248,000 nt of DNA, from contig NW_008806281.1 in assembly GCF_000400465.1 (NCBI RefSeq), positions 20,001-268,000 of the forward strand, given 5' to 3'. Below are positions 54,560-67,476 of the stretch, piece after piece (the stretch's first letter is position 1; every line of letters starts with the position of its first letter). The DNA comes from Wallemia ichthyophaga EXF-994 (taxonomy: Eukaryota; Fungi; Basidiomycota). The translations under genes and the position numbers were made by a program. The notes under the pieces are model-generated. The model was not told the origin of the DNA and did not search any database. It worked only from the letters and a program-made list of their open reading frames with translations.

Positions 54560-55265
54560 TGAGAGTATAATTGACGACGTTACGCAGCAGAATGATCGCA
54601 CTTGGAATAATGTTCGATTGGGAGCGATACGTAACCTTGCACAGAACATACAAGCACTTCACGAGAGAGGCCACGTCCTCGTAGCTCATCTTTCCATTTG
54701 ATGCACACTGAAGTGCTAAAAGCTTCCTGCTCATCTTCTCCTACAAACAAAAAGGATTGTGACCATCTCTACTCATGTAATTTCGCTCATTTGTAATTAA
54801 TATTACGATTGAGAGGTACACAATCTTTTCATCCTCCGACCAAAGCCCCTTGCGTCTTTCTGGACAAGCAAACATCCGGTGGTAGCACTCGATGGCTGAA
54901 CGCTTGGAAATGTGCGATATCACTATCCAACAAGCTTCAAGCTGGACTGGTGCACTGAGCACGGGTTGGTTGATTGCAGTGCTTCAAATGTCTCACTCAC
55001 TCTACTAACCTATCATTCTTGTGTTTCGTCCAGACTCCTTTGTTTGCATAAGGATGCTATCGAGTTCGAACATAAGTGTATACACTTGCTAGCACTCTGT
55101 GTGAGACACACTCAGCAAGGTCATACCAGAAGTTGTCTCTGTTTTGTTGTTGCTCACTTTGTAGTTGCTGATGCAGTCATAGTCGATCCTCCTCTCTTCT
55201 TCGTTGAATGCAGAAATCAAACATCCTCTCCACAAACTTTTTCCACGCCAAGGGTATTTCTATGA
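54560..55265 (-). pseudogene. Reb1/DMTF1-like Myb-repeat fragment
   Basis: NFWYDLAECV..R...VYTYVRTR*HPYANKGVWT; RRKGLWSEDE; internal stop. Confidence 0.6.
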
Positions 55266-55673
55266 CTCATTTTAGTCTTTATCTTTAATTGCTATACTTT
55301 CAAATCAGAGTCACAGGAATGCAAGACAACAATATAAAAAGTGTAAATGAACGCAGATTTTACATTTTATCGCTTTAAATATGCATTTGAGTTTACAAAT
55401 TTTTTGAGGTTTCGTTGCAGAACATTTTCAAAGTGGGGGCGCCGCTGTAGCCATTCAAAATTCCACTGCGAGAGACTTTGCGTGAAGGCGTTTATACGCT
55501 CCTGGATAAAGCAATCCAACGCTACCTCTTCAAAAAACAGCGCGCAATCCGTAGTGAATTTCCATCACTTCCACACACTCTCCCTCTAATCCACAACCAA
55601 AAATTGGCCGGTTCGTTATTGAAAAACAAAATAATTGAGTGAATGTTTGAAAAGTTAATGGAAATACATAAAT

Positions 55674-58600
55674 CTACCAAGCTCTTCCTTGGTTTTTGCG
55701 CTTGTTTCTAAGTTTAAACTTTCTGACATTGTGTCGATCTTGAAGTTGTCGTGATGTTGTATGGGTCGATAGGGCATGTGGAGCTTCTTCGCCATGTTGC
55801 TGTTCTTGCGACTGCTTTTCCTGGCTACGTACCAGTTTTGTCCACATCGTAGCGAATAAACCATTCGAATTGAGAAGCTGAGATTCTGTACCGCTCTCAA
55901 TAACCTTACCGCCTTGAATGTAGAATATCACATCTGACTTGGTGATTGTTGAGATCCTGTTCGAGATAATAATTGTCGTTCTAGTTACGCTCAACTCCGC
56001 AAACAAAGCTTGGATCTCCTTCTCGGTGTCATCATCCAACTCCAAGCTAGTCACATCGAAGCAGAAGATTGGTGCATCTTTCAACAATGCTCTAGCTATG
56101 GCTATACGCAATTTATCACCACCGTTCAATGTGATACCTTCATCACCGATTCTGGTATCGTAGCCGTATTGGAATGAAAGTACCTTGTCGTGTAACTTAG
56201 CAACTTTACAGGCGCTTACGATCTCTTCCTTAGTAGCGCTTTCGTTACCATACTTTAAGTTGAAGGTGAAGGTCTCGTTGAATAATGGGCAAACTTGCGA
56301 GATGATGGCAATGTGTTTTCTGAGTGACTGAAGCTTCATGTCTCTGACATCAATACCATTAATGCTGATAGAACCTTTGCCGACATCGTGGAAGCGATAA
56401 AGCAAGTCTAATATCGTATTATTTCCACTGTCACCGTCACTGAAGAGCGTAATGGTCTTGCCAGTGGGAACTTCAAACGATAAGCCTTGCAGTGCATTGT
56501 CAGAGTCGTAGCTGAAAACGACATTATCGAATTTAATGACAGGTTGGCGAGTATCGAACGTGATGGCGTCAGGCTTATCAGAAACAAAGCTAAACCAGTC
56601 AAGTGACTCGATCAAAAAATTACCACCGAAGACAGAAACACCGTTGAAAATACTATCAAACTTGGAAGGGTACTCGACATCTGGCTGTGACTGGTCCTGT
56701 TTAGAAGATTCTGACAAGTCTATAAGCCTTCTGACACAATCTGTAATGCTAACAAACTCACCGTTACGGGCTTCGGTCTCTGCCTGCTTTGGATCACCTG
56801 GAGGACCATCTGACTCGTCAGATGAGGAAGAATCATCTGAAATATTTTTGACGGTTTTGTCAGAATCGCTGTCGTTATCCTCATCTTGAAGGTTCGTCCC
56901 TTCACCCTCTAGCAACTTAGGACGGCGTTGAGGAGAATTCGACGAGTCAGAAGAAGAATCATCTGAAGCATTCTTAATGGTCCTGTCTGAATCGCTGTCT
57001 TCTTCATCTTCCAACGGCCCTTCGACGTCATCACCTAAATGCTTCAGGTTGGCTTGCACATCAGACGTTGATGACCCAAGTAAAACATCACTGTAAGTAC
57101 TCCAACGCGTTCCAACTTGATCATTTACGACCTGATGATCTTGGGAAGGTCCTGAGAAATGAATAAGCTTTTAGTCAATCCAGAAAAAGCAAAAGAACAT
57201 ACCCTTTGGGTCTTTGCCGCCAATATGCTTCTCCTGGCTACGTACCAGTTTTGTCCACATCGTAGCGAATAAACCATTCGAATTGAGAAGCTGAGATTCT
57301 GTACCGCTCTCAATAACCTTACCGCCTTGAATGTAGAATATCACATCTGACTTGGTGATTGTTGAGATCCTGTTCGAGATAATAATTGTCGTTCTAGTTA
57401 CGCTCAACTCCGCAAACAAAGCTTGGATCTCCTTCTCGGTGTCATCATCCAACTCCAAGCTAGTCACATCGAAGCAGAAGATTGGTGCATCTTTCAACAA
57501 TGCTCTAGCTATGGCTATACGCAATTTATCACCACCGTTCAATGTGATACCTTCATCACCGATTCTGGTATCGTAGCCGTATTGGAATGAAAGTACCTTG
57601 TCGTGTAACTTAGCAACTTTACAGGCGCTTACGATCTCTTCCTTAGTAGCGCTTTCGTTACCATACTTTAAGTTGAAGGTGAAGGTCTCGTTGAATAATG
57701 GGCAAACTTGCGAGATGATGGCAATGTGTTTTCTGAGTGACTGAAGCTTCATGTCTCTGACATCAATACCATTAATGCTGATAGAACCTTTGCCGACATC
57801 GTGGAAGCGATAAAGCAAGTCTAATATCGTATTATTTCCACTGTCACCGTCACTGAAGAGCGTAATGGTCTTGCCAGTGGGAACTTCAAACGATAAGCCT
57901 TGCAGTGCATTGTCAGAGTCGTAGCTGAAAACGACATTATCGAATTTAATGACAGGTTGGCGAGTATCGAACGTGATGGCGTCAGGCTTATCAGAAACAA
58001 AGCTAAACCAGTCAAGTGACTCGATCAAAAAATTACCACCGAAGACAGAAACACCGTTGAATATACTACCATAATGACCAGGAAGCTCGAAAAGTGGTTG
58101 TTTCACGTCCAGGTTTGGCAGATGAACCCTCTTGAAAGACCAGTCAATCTTGCCATGGTCCTCACGAGGTTGCTTGACGTCTGGTTGCTTCACATCGACG
58201 TGTGGCTGATCAACCTTTTTGAAGTTCCCGTCAACCTTGCCATGGTCCTCACGAGATTGCTTGACGTCTGGTTGCTTCACATCGACGTGTGGCTGATCAA
58301 CCTTTTTGAAGTTCCCGTCAACCTTGCCATGGTCCTCACGAGATTGCTTGACGTCTGGTTGCTTCACATCGACGTGTGGCTGATCAACCTTTTTGAAGTT
58401 CCCGTCAACCTTGCCATGGTCCTCACGAGATTGCTTGACGTCTGGTTGCTTCACATCGACGTGTGGCTGATCAACCTTTTTGAAGTTCCCGTCAACCTTG
58501 CCATGGTCCTCACGAGATTGCTTGACGTCTGGTTGCTTCACATCGACGTGTGGCTGATCAACCTTTTTGAAGTTCCCGTCAACCTTGCCATGGTCCTCAC

Positions 58601-61600
58601 GAGATTGCTTGACGTCTGGTTGCTTCACATCGACGTGTGGCTGATCAACCTTTTTGAAGTTCCCGTCAACCTTGCCATGGTCCTCACGAGATTGCTTGAC
58701 GTCTGGTTGCTTCACATCGACGTGTGGCTGATCAACCTTTTTGAAGTTCCCGTCAACCTTGCCATGGTCCTCACGAGATTGCTTGACGTCTGGTTGCTTC
58801 ACATCGACGTGTGGCTGATCAACCTTTTTGAAGTTCCCGTCAACCTTGCCATGGTCCTCACGAGATTGCTTGACGTCTGGTTGCTTCACATCGACGTGTG
58901 GCTGATCAACCTTTTTGAAGTTCCCGTCAACCTTGCCATGGTCCTCACGAGATTGCTTGACGTCTGGTTGCTTCACATCGACGTGTGGCTGATCAACCTT
59001 TTTGAAGTTCCCGTCAACCTTGCCATGGTCCTCACGAGATTGCTTGACGTCTGGTTGCTTCACATCGACGTGTGGCTGATCAACCTTTTTGAAGTTCCCG
59101 TCAACCTTGCCATGGTCCTCACGAGATTGCTTGACGTCTGGTTGCTTCTTGTCGACCTTAGGAGATTCTAAAACGTCTATAAGCTTGGTTGAGAATTTCA
59201 AACTATAATTAAACTCACCATCAACCTTGCCATGGTCCTCACGAGGTTGCTTGACGTCTGGTTGCTTCACATCGACGTGTGGCTGGTCAACCTTTTTGTA
59301 GTTCACGTCAACCTTGCCATGGTCCTCACGCGATTGCTTGACGTTTGGTTGCTTCTTGTCGACCTTCGACTTGTCTTCTGTACCACCTACCAGCTTTGTC
59401 CACATCCTAGCGAATAAACCATTCGAATTGAGAAGCTGAGATTCTGTACCGCTCTCAATAACCTTACCGCCTTGAATGTAGAATATCACATCTGACTTGG
59501 TGATTGTTGAGATCCTGTTCGAGATAATAATTGTCGTTCTAGTTACGCTCAACTCCGCAAACAAAGCTTGGATCTCCTTCTCGGTGTCATCATCCAACTC
59601 CAAGCTAGTCACATCGAAGCAGAAGATTGGTGCATCTTTCAACAATGCTCTAGCTATGGCTATACGCAATTTATCACCACCGTTCAATGTGATACCTTCA
59701 TCACCGATTCTGGTATCGTAGCCGTATTGGAATGAAAGTACCTTGTCGTGTAACTTAGCAACTTTACAGGCGCTTACGATCTCTTCCTTAGTAGCGCTTT
59801 CGTTACCATACTTTAAGTTGAAGGTGAAGGTCTCGTTGAATAATGGGCAAACTTGCGAGATGATGGCAATGTGTTTTCTGAGTGACTGAAGCTTCATGTC
59901 TCTGACATCAATACCATTAATGCTGATAGAACCTTTGCCGACATCGTGGAAGCGATAAAGCAAGTCTAATATCGTATTATTTCCACTGTCACCGTCACTG
60001 AAGAGCGTAATGGTCTTGCCAGTGGGAACTTCAAACGATAAGCCTTGCAGTGCATTGTCAGAGTCGTAGCTGAAAACGACATTATCGAATTTAATGACAG
60101 GTTGGCGAGTATCGAACGTGATGGCGTCAGGCTTATCAGAAACAAAGCTAAACCAGTCAAGTGACTCGATCAAAAAATTACCACCGAAGACAGAAACACC
60201 GTTGAATATACTACCATAATGACCAGGAAGCTCGAAAAGTGGTTGTTTCACGTCCAGGTTTGGCAGATGAACCCTCTTGAAAGACCAGTCAATCTTGCCA
60301 TGGTCCTCACGAGATTGCTTGACGTCTGGTTGCTTCACATCGACGTGTGGCTGATCAACCTTTTTGTAGTTCACGTCAACCTTGCCATGGTCCTCACGCG
60401 ATTGCTTGACGTCTGGTTGCTTCACATCGACGTGTGGCTGATCAACCTTTTTGTAGTTCACGTCAACCTTGCCATGGTCCTCACGCGATTGCTTGACGTC
60501 TGGTTGCTTCACATCGACGTGTGGCTGATCAACCTTTTTGTAGTTCACGTCAACCTTGCCATGGTCCTCACGCGATTGCTTGACGTCTGGTTGCTTCACA
60601 TCGACGTGTGGCTGATCAACCTTTTTGTAGTTCACGTCAACCTTGCCATGGTCCTCACGCGATTGCTTGACGTCTGGTTGCTTCACATCGACGTGTGGCT
60701 GATCAACCTTTTTGTAGTTCACGTCAACCTTGCCATGGTCCTCACGCGATTGCTTGACGTCTGGTTGCTTCACATCGACGTGTGGCTGATCAACCTTTTT
60801 GTAGTTCACGTCAACCTTGCCATGGTCCTCACGCGATTGCTTGACGTTTGGTTGCTTCTTGTCGACCTTCGACTTGTCTTCTGTACCACCTACCAGCTTT
60901 GTCCACATCCTAGCGAATAAACCATTCGAATTGAGAAGCTGAGATTCTGTACCGCTCTCAATAACCTTACCGCCTTGAATGTAGAATATCACATCTGACT
61001 TGGTGATTGTTGAGATCCTGTTCGAGATAATAATTGTCGTTCTAGTTACGCTCAACTCCGCAAACAAAGCTTGGATCTCCTTCTCGGTGTCATCATCCAA
61101 CTCCAAGCTAGTCACATCGAAGCAGAAGATTGGTGCATCTTTCAACAATGCTCTAGCTATGGCTATACGCAATTTATCACCACCGTTCAATGTGATACCT
61201 TCATCACCGATTCTGGTATCGTAGCCGTATTGGAATGAAAGTACCTTGTCGTGTAACTTAGCAACTTTACAGGCGCTTACGATCTCTTCCTTAGTAGCGC
61301 TTTCGTTACCATACTTTAAGTTGAAGGTGAAGGTCTCGTTGAATAATGGGCAAACTTGCGAGATGATGGCAATGTGTTTTCTGAGTGACTGAAGCTTCAT
61401 GTCTCTGACATCAATACCATTAATGCTGATAGAACCTTTGCCGACATCGTGGAAGCGATAAAGCAAGTCTAATATCGTATTATTTCCACTGTCACCGTCA
61501 CTGAAGAGCGTAATGGTCTTGCCAGTGGGAACTTCAAACGATAAGCCTTGCAGTGCATTGTCAGAGTCGTAGCTGAAAACGACATTATCGAATTTAATGA

Positions 61601-64600
61601 CAGGTTGGCGAGTATCGAACGTGATGGCGTCAGGCTTATCAGAAACAAAGCTAAACCAGTCAAGTGACTCGATCAAAAAATTACCACCGAAGACAGAAAC
61701 ACCGTTGAATATACTACCATAATGACCAGGAAGCTCGAAAAGTGGTTGTTTCACGTCCAGGTTTGGCAGATGAACCCTCTTGAAAGACCAGTCAATCTTG
61801 CCATGGTCCTCACGAGGTTGCTTGACGTCTGGTTGCTTCACATCGACGTGTGGCTGATCAACCTTTTTGAAGTTCCCGTCAACCTTGCCATGGTCCTCAC
61901 GAGATTGCTTGACGTCTGGTTGCTTCACATCGACGTGTGGCTGATCAACCTTTTTGAAGTTCCCGTCAACCTTGCCATGGTCCTCACGAGATTGCTTGAC
62001 GTCTGGTTGCTTCACATCGACGTGTGGCTGATCAACCTTTTTGAAGTTCCCGTCAACCTTGCCATGGTCCTCACGAGATTGCTTGACGTCTGGTTGCTTC
62101 ACATCGACGTGTGGCTGATCAACCTTTTTGAAGTTCCCGTCAACCTTGCCATGGTCCTCACGAGATTGCTTGACGTCTGGTTGCTTCACATCGACGTGTG
62201 GCTGATCAACCTTTTTGAAGTTCCCGTCAACCTTGCCATGGTCCTCACGAGATTGCTTGACGTCTGGTTGCTTCACATCGACGTGTGGCTGATCAACCTT
62301 TTTGAAGTTCCCGTCAACCTTGCCATGGTCCTCACGAGATTGCTTGACGTCTGGTTGCTTCACATCGACGTGTGGCTGATCAACCTTTTTGAAGTTCCCG
62401 TCAACCTTGCCATGGTCCTCACGAGATTGCTTGACGTCTGGTTGCTTCACATCGACGTGTGGCTGATCAACCTTTTTGAAGTTCCCGTCAACCTTGCCAT
62501 GGTCCTCACGAGATTGCTTGACGTCTGGTTGCTTCACATCGACGTGTGGCTGATCAACCTTTTTGAAGTTCCCGTCAACCTTGCCATGGTCCTCACGAGA
62601 TTGCTTGACGTCTGGTTGCTTCACATCGACGTGTGGCTGATCAACCTTTTTGAAGTTCCCGTCAACCTTGCCATGGTCCTCACGAGATTGCTTGACGTCT
62701 GGTTGCTTCACATCGACGTGTGGCTGATCAACCTTTTTGAAGTTCCCGTCAACCTTGCCATGGTCCTCACGAGATTGCTTGACGTCTGGTTGCTTCTTGT
62801 CGACCTTAGGAGATTCTAAAACGTCTATAAGCTTGGTTGAGAATTTCAAACTATAATCAAACTCACCATCAATCTTGCCAGTGACTTTGCCATTGTAGGT
62901 GCGTTTGTATTCCCTGTAGTCTCTGTCAGCAGGCTGCTTCCCCTTTTCATCGACCTTTTCCTGGTGACGCTGGGTGGGTTTGCGTGTGTCTTTTTCTTCA
63001 TCATCATCTTCATCTGATCCTGAGTCTGAATCTGACGATGAATGGTCGTCCTCGTTACCTTTCTTAGCGCAGGTGCATTTCTTGCTTGTGCACTTGCCGC
63101 AATTGGAGCATCTCGAGCACTTAACGCCACTGCAGTAGCTGCAGTCCTTGAGGAGCTTAGGAAGATGATCGCCATCTTCAGTCTCACCCTCTACCTGTTT
63201 CTTCCACATGGTCGCAAACATGCCGTTAAGGCTGAGAAGGTGAGAGTGCGAACCGCTCTCAACGACGCGACCGTCCTGCACAAAGAGGATGAGGTCGGAT
63301 TTAGCGATAGTGGAGAGTCTATGAGCGATAATGATAGTAGTGCGACCCTGACTGAGCTCGTTGAATGCAGCCTGGATCTCGCGCTCTGTATTAGTATCGA
63401 GAGCCGACGTAGCCTCATCTAGACACAGTATAGGAGCGTCTTTGAGGAGAGCGCGTGCTATTGCAATGCGCTGTTTCTCCCCACCACTCAATCTTACGCC
63501 TCGCTCACCGACGCGCGTATCGTACCCGTCTTGGAAGGAGAGAATGCGCTCGTGCATCTGCGCCGCTTTCGCAGCCGATACTATCTCCGCATCTGTAGCA
63601 TCATCCTTGCCGTATTTCAAATTAAACGCGATGGATTCGTTGAAGAGGGCGCAATCTTGCGGTATGATGGCTATGAGACGACGTAGAGCATGTTGCTGCA
63701 TATCGCGCAAGTCTACCCCGTTGATAGTGATAGAACCCGCGTCGACGTCGTAGAAGCGGTAGAGAAGACGCAGAATAGTGCTTTTACCACTACCACTTTC
63801 ACCCACCAGAGCAACTGTCTGACCTGTAGGCACTTGGAACGACAAGTTATCGAGTGCGTATCCAGAACTATCATACCTGAACCCAACCCTATCGAATTTG
63901 ATGAGTGGTTGACGAGTGTGGAAAGCTACTGCGTTAGGCTTGTCGTTGATATCAGTGTGCTCGCTAAGCAGTTGCATTAGCTTCTCACTATCAACTAGAC
64001 TCGTATTAATCGAACGGTAAATCATCCCGAGATTGTTCAAAGGCACGTATAGCTGCTGGAGGAAAGTTAAGAACACTACCAGCTCTGCTGCATCAGATCG
64101 TCCTTGCGCTACTCCCGCACAAACCACTGCCGTACCCGCTGCTATACCCGAGACAATAATAACGTTCTGTGCCATGTTCAAAAGATACAGCGACGCTATC
64201 ACCTTTTTCTCCACCGCTTGGAAATTCTTGAAAGCGGTAGTGTAGCGACTGATTTCATGCGCTTCGGCTGTGAAATACTTGATCGTGTCGTAGTTGAGCA
64301 ATGCGTCCGTGTAGATCGCCCTTGTTATATTGTCCTTAGCGACGTAGTCGCGACGCTGCGCTGTGCGCCAGCGTGTGATAAGCACCGATATATACCCATA
64401 GAGGAACATGACAGACGCGATGATGAGCGACAACACCCCACCGAATTTGAAATAGAAGTAGCCGAGAGCGACACAGATATCGGCGACAGTGGGGAAGATA
64501 GAAAATAGAAGCATTTGGAAGAAGTTGTTCAAAGCTTGCCCCTTGTCGAGAATACGCAGAATCTCACCAGTCTTCCTGTGCGTGTGGAACGCCAGGCTAA

Positions 64601-65715
64601 GATTGAGGAGATGGGTGAAACAGTGAGTAGACATGTTCCGGTCTGTCCACTGTGTTATAGGAATCCAAGCGATGTTCTGGACTACTTGCAAAAGGCCTCC
64701 GGAGCCTTGGAAGAATCGAAGAGCGATATAAATGATCAAGTGCTTCCAAGGCGAGGAGTAGGAAGAGAGGTCTTCGACAACTTTACCCAACTGAATTGGA
64801 ACGAGAAGGTTGATATATCTACCGACAAGTAACAAAACAAGACAGAAGAAGGCAAGTGTTTGTAGGCGTGGTGAACCACGTGGCCAAAGGACATCACCGA
64901 GTTGATACATACGTTTCATGAACGCACCCATGCCAGCAGAAGGAGATTTGTCCTTTGCGTCGTGCGTAGCATCGTCACTAGTTGTGTCAGTTGTGTCAGT
65001 TGTGTCTTCGCTGGTTGCACCGTACTGTATAGAGTCGTTGAGCAAGGGAGAGTTCTCACCAGGCGCAGCATTGCCATGGCTGTCATACCTGACGAAGGTA
65101 GTAGTAACACCGCAAACAAGCAACGCACTTCCAATAGCAAGACATATGACGCGTAATGACTGAATCGCGATGTGTGCATATTCAATTGCAGGGAGATGCT
65201 TTGTATCTGTTCGAGTGAGATTGAGTACTAGAAACCAAAATAAACCCACCAGAATAAAATTTAAGATAGTCAATCCACGTAATAAGAAGACTCAATTCGA
65301 GGATTACCGATATAATGTAGAAAGATTGGACATAAGAGCAGATATTTTTATTTTTCTGGACCGCGTAGGCAATGGCAAGGGAACCAAAAGCATATGCTGC
65401 AGAAGCACCGATGCAATGCACGACGAGTGCCAGCCAGTGCTCGTATATGACTGGATTGCGATAAACAGATTTGAAGATAAAAAAGTGTAAAAAAGACGCG
65501 AGTAAATCAGCAAAGTAGGTAAATAGTACAGATTGCGTAATTACGAATAACCACACACGTCTGTATCTCTTTCGAGATGGCTGTGGATCTGGGGGGGAGA
65601 TATACACTCTAGCGAGACCAAATAAGACGACGGCATTGAGTAGAATAGGAATAGCATAGCGGGTAATTAGGATAACTTGCGGTGCAGCGCGCAATCCGAT
65701 TGCAATTACTGCCAT
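55674..65715 (-). CDS. HMT1: HMT1/ABCB6-like ABC half-transporter with giant repetitive C-terminal extension
   Basis: TMD0 + TMD (HLLNLSLAFHTHRKTGE) + canonical NBD (GESGSGKST, LSGGEKQ, LDEATSALD); 2700-aa ORF joined to ORF 55674-57059 by an in-frame intron 57152-57202. Confidence 0.88.
55890..56660 (-). repeat. degenerate NBD module copy 4
   Basis: Identical to copies at 57.3k, 59.45k, 60.95k. Confidence 0.9.
57250..58075 (-). repeat. degenerate NBD module copy 3
   Basis: SDGDSGNNT / LNGGD / FDVTSLELD. Confidence 0.9.
58150..59150 (-). repeat. 87-bp tandem array (~11 units) encoding 29-aa repeat
   Basis: DVKQPDVKQSREDHGKVDGNFKKVDQPHV. Confidence 0.95.
59395..60220 (-). repeat. degenerate NBD module copy 2
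   Basis: Same sequence as other copies. Confidence 0.9.
60295..60870 (-). repeat. 87-bp tandem array (~6 units, VDVNYKK variant)
   Basis: Periodicity seen directly. Confidence 0.95.
60900..61725 (-). repeat. degenerate NBD module copy 1
   Basis: Same sequence as other copies. Confidence 0.9.
61795..62800 (-). repeat. 87-bp tandem array (~11 units)
   Basis: Identical to 58150-59150, offset 3648 bp. Confidence 0.95.
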
Positions 65716-65739
65716 GGTGGAGGTTTGGAGTCAACGTTC

Positions 65740-67414
65740 ATGATGACATCAAAACAGGCATTTAATCTTTTTAATAAGGTACCTCGGCAAGTGACACAGT
65801 CTTATGATGTCCTGATTGTTGGCGGTGGGCCTGTTGGATTGGCGTTGGCTTCGTCACTGGGATCGTGTGCCGATCTCAAAGCACTCAAAATTGGATTAAT
65901 CGAAGCGAATTCGCTGGATGGCGTGAGAAATTGGAATGGAAATGAACTCCCAGCGTATTCGAATAGGTGTTCGTCGATTAGTGCTTCAAATTACGTGTAT
66001 TTCCAGCGTGAGTTGAGTTTGACAAGTGGAGGTTGTGACAGCTGAAGAAGATGCAGGCACAGGTGGTTTAAACACTCTTAATACATGCCGTGTTTCTCCA
66101 GTCAACAATATGCAGGTCTGGGATGGCAGGACTGATGCCAGGATCACATTTGGCAGGCAGCTCGACGACGAAGACTACGGAGCACTCGCAAAGGACAGCA
66201 GCACGCTTTCGTATATGATGGAAAATACAAATCTGCAAAAATCATTCCTCGATCATATTGACAGGTCGACGTCTATTGACATACTCGACTCGGCAAAGAT
66301 TAGATATATAGATCGTGATAATGAGTGGCCCAGGGTTAATTTAGAAAACGGAGATAGCCTACGTACACGGCTCATAATTGGTGCAGACGGGTTCAACTCA
66401 CCTGTACGGAAATTCTCCGAAATCGAAGCAGTGGGATGGTCATACAACGCAGCAGGATTTGTTTCGACATTAGAAACACAACCATCTCATAACGCATCAC
66501 ATTCATCACAAACAGCGTTTCAAAGATTTTTGCCAACAGGACCGATCGCTTATCTGCCGTTACCGGGCTCAGCAGCGTCAATGGTGTGGTCAACAACACC
66601 TGAGCTTGCGAACAAGTTCAAACAGGCTGACATAAGAGTGCTTGGGTTACTTATCAATGCTGCGTTCAGATTTAGAGAGGATATACTTGCAACACTTTAC
66701 AATAACGTAAATCTCGACTATGATAGCTTTTTACTGCTAGTGAAGCAGCTTGAGAGTGCACAAGGAATTGATATGACTACCTCGCGACAGATTAGTAACG
66801 GAGTAGCTGATGGGATACCACCAAGTGATCATGAAGGGTTTCCACCGTTAGTGACATCAGTAGTGGATGGATCGCAGGCATCATTCCCACTGAAACTAAA
66901 TCATACTGATGGATATGATGGGAATAGAGCAGTATTGGTAGGAGACGCGGCTCACAGCTGTCACCCACTTGCAGGACAAGGGTTGAATTTAGGGATGGGA
67001 GATGTGCAATCACTCACGTCAGTACTAGCAGAGGGCCAAAGATTAGGGGGAGATATAGGAAGCAAGACGATATTGGAGAGGTATACGAGGGATCGCTATG
67101 TAGTAAATCTAACCATGCTTATGATGACAGATAAGTTAAATGCGTTGTTCCAAGTAAGTGGGGAGAACCCACTGGTGCAGCTGCGTAGTATGGGGTTGGA
67201 GATGATCAATGAGATAGATAGGGTGAAGGAATTCCTTGTGAGACATGCAGGCACAAAGGGCATAGAGAAGGAAGATGGTGATAGTATTATAGCAGATGGA
67301 ATAGAGAGTGTTGGAAAAGCAATAACAATGCTCAGCGCAACAGCAAGACAAGTTGGGAGATTTGGAGAGGGAAAGGTAAACGAAATGATGAATGGAATTG
67401 TAAATAAGAAGTAA
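65740..67414 (+). CDS. COQ6: ubiquinone biosynthesis monooxygenase
   Basis: DVLIVGGGPVG, GADGFNS, LVGDAAHSCHPLAGQGLNLG. Confidence 0.95.
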
Positions 67415-67476
67415 GAAATAAAAAAATCAAGCATAGGATATGATTTGTGCGATAAAGAGATGATATAGAGTTGAGT

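Noticed and set aside
58074-59171. Stop-free hydrophobic antisense ORFs (MVLTRLLDVWLLHIDVWL...)
   Set aside because: Automatic consequence of a perfect repeat lacking a stop in that frame; no independent start or promoter evidence
58074-62819. 87-bp arrays as a CRISPR-like locus
   Set aside because: No unique spacers, eukaryotic context, no cas genes, and the unit is a multiple of 3 inside a protein ORF
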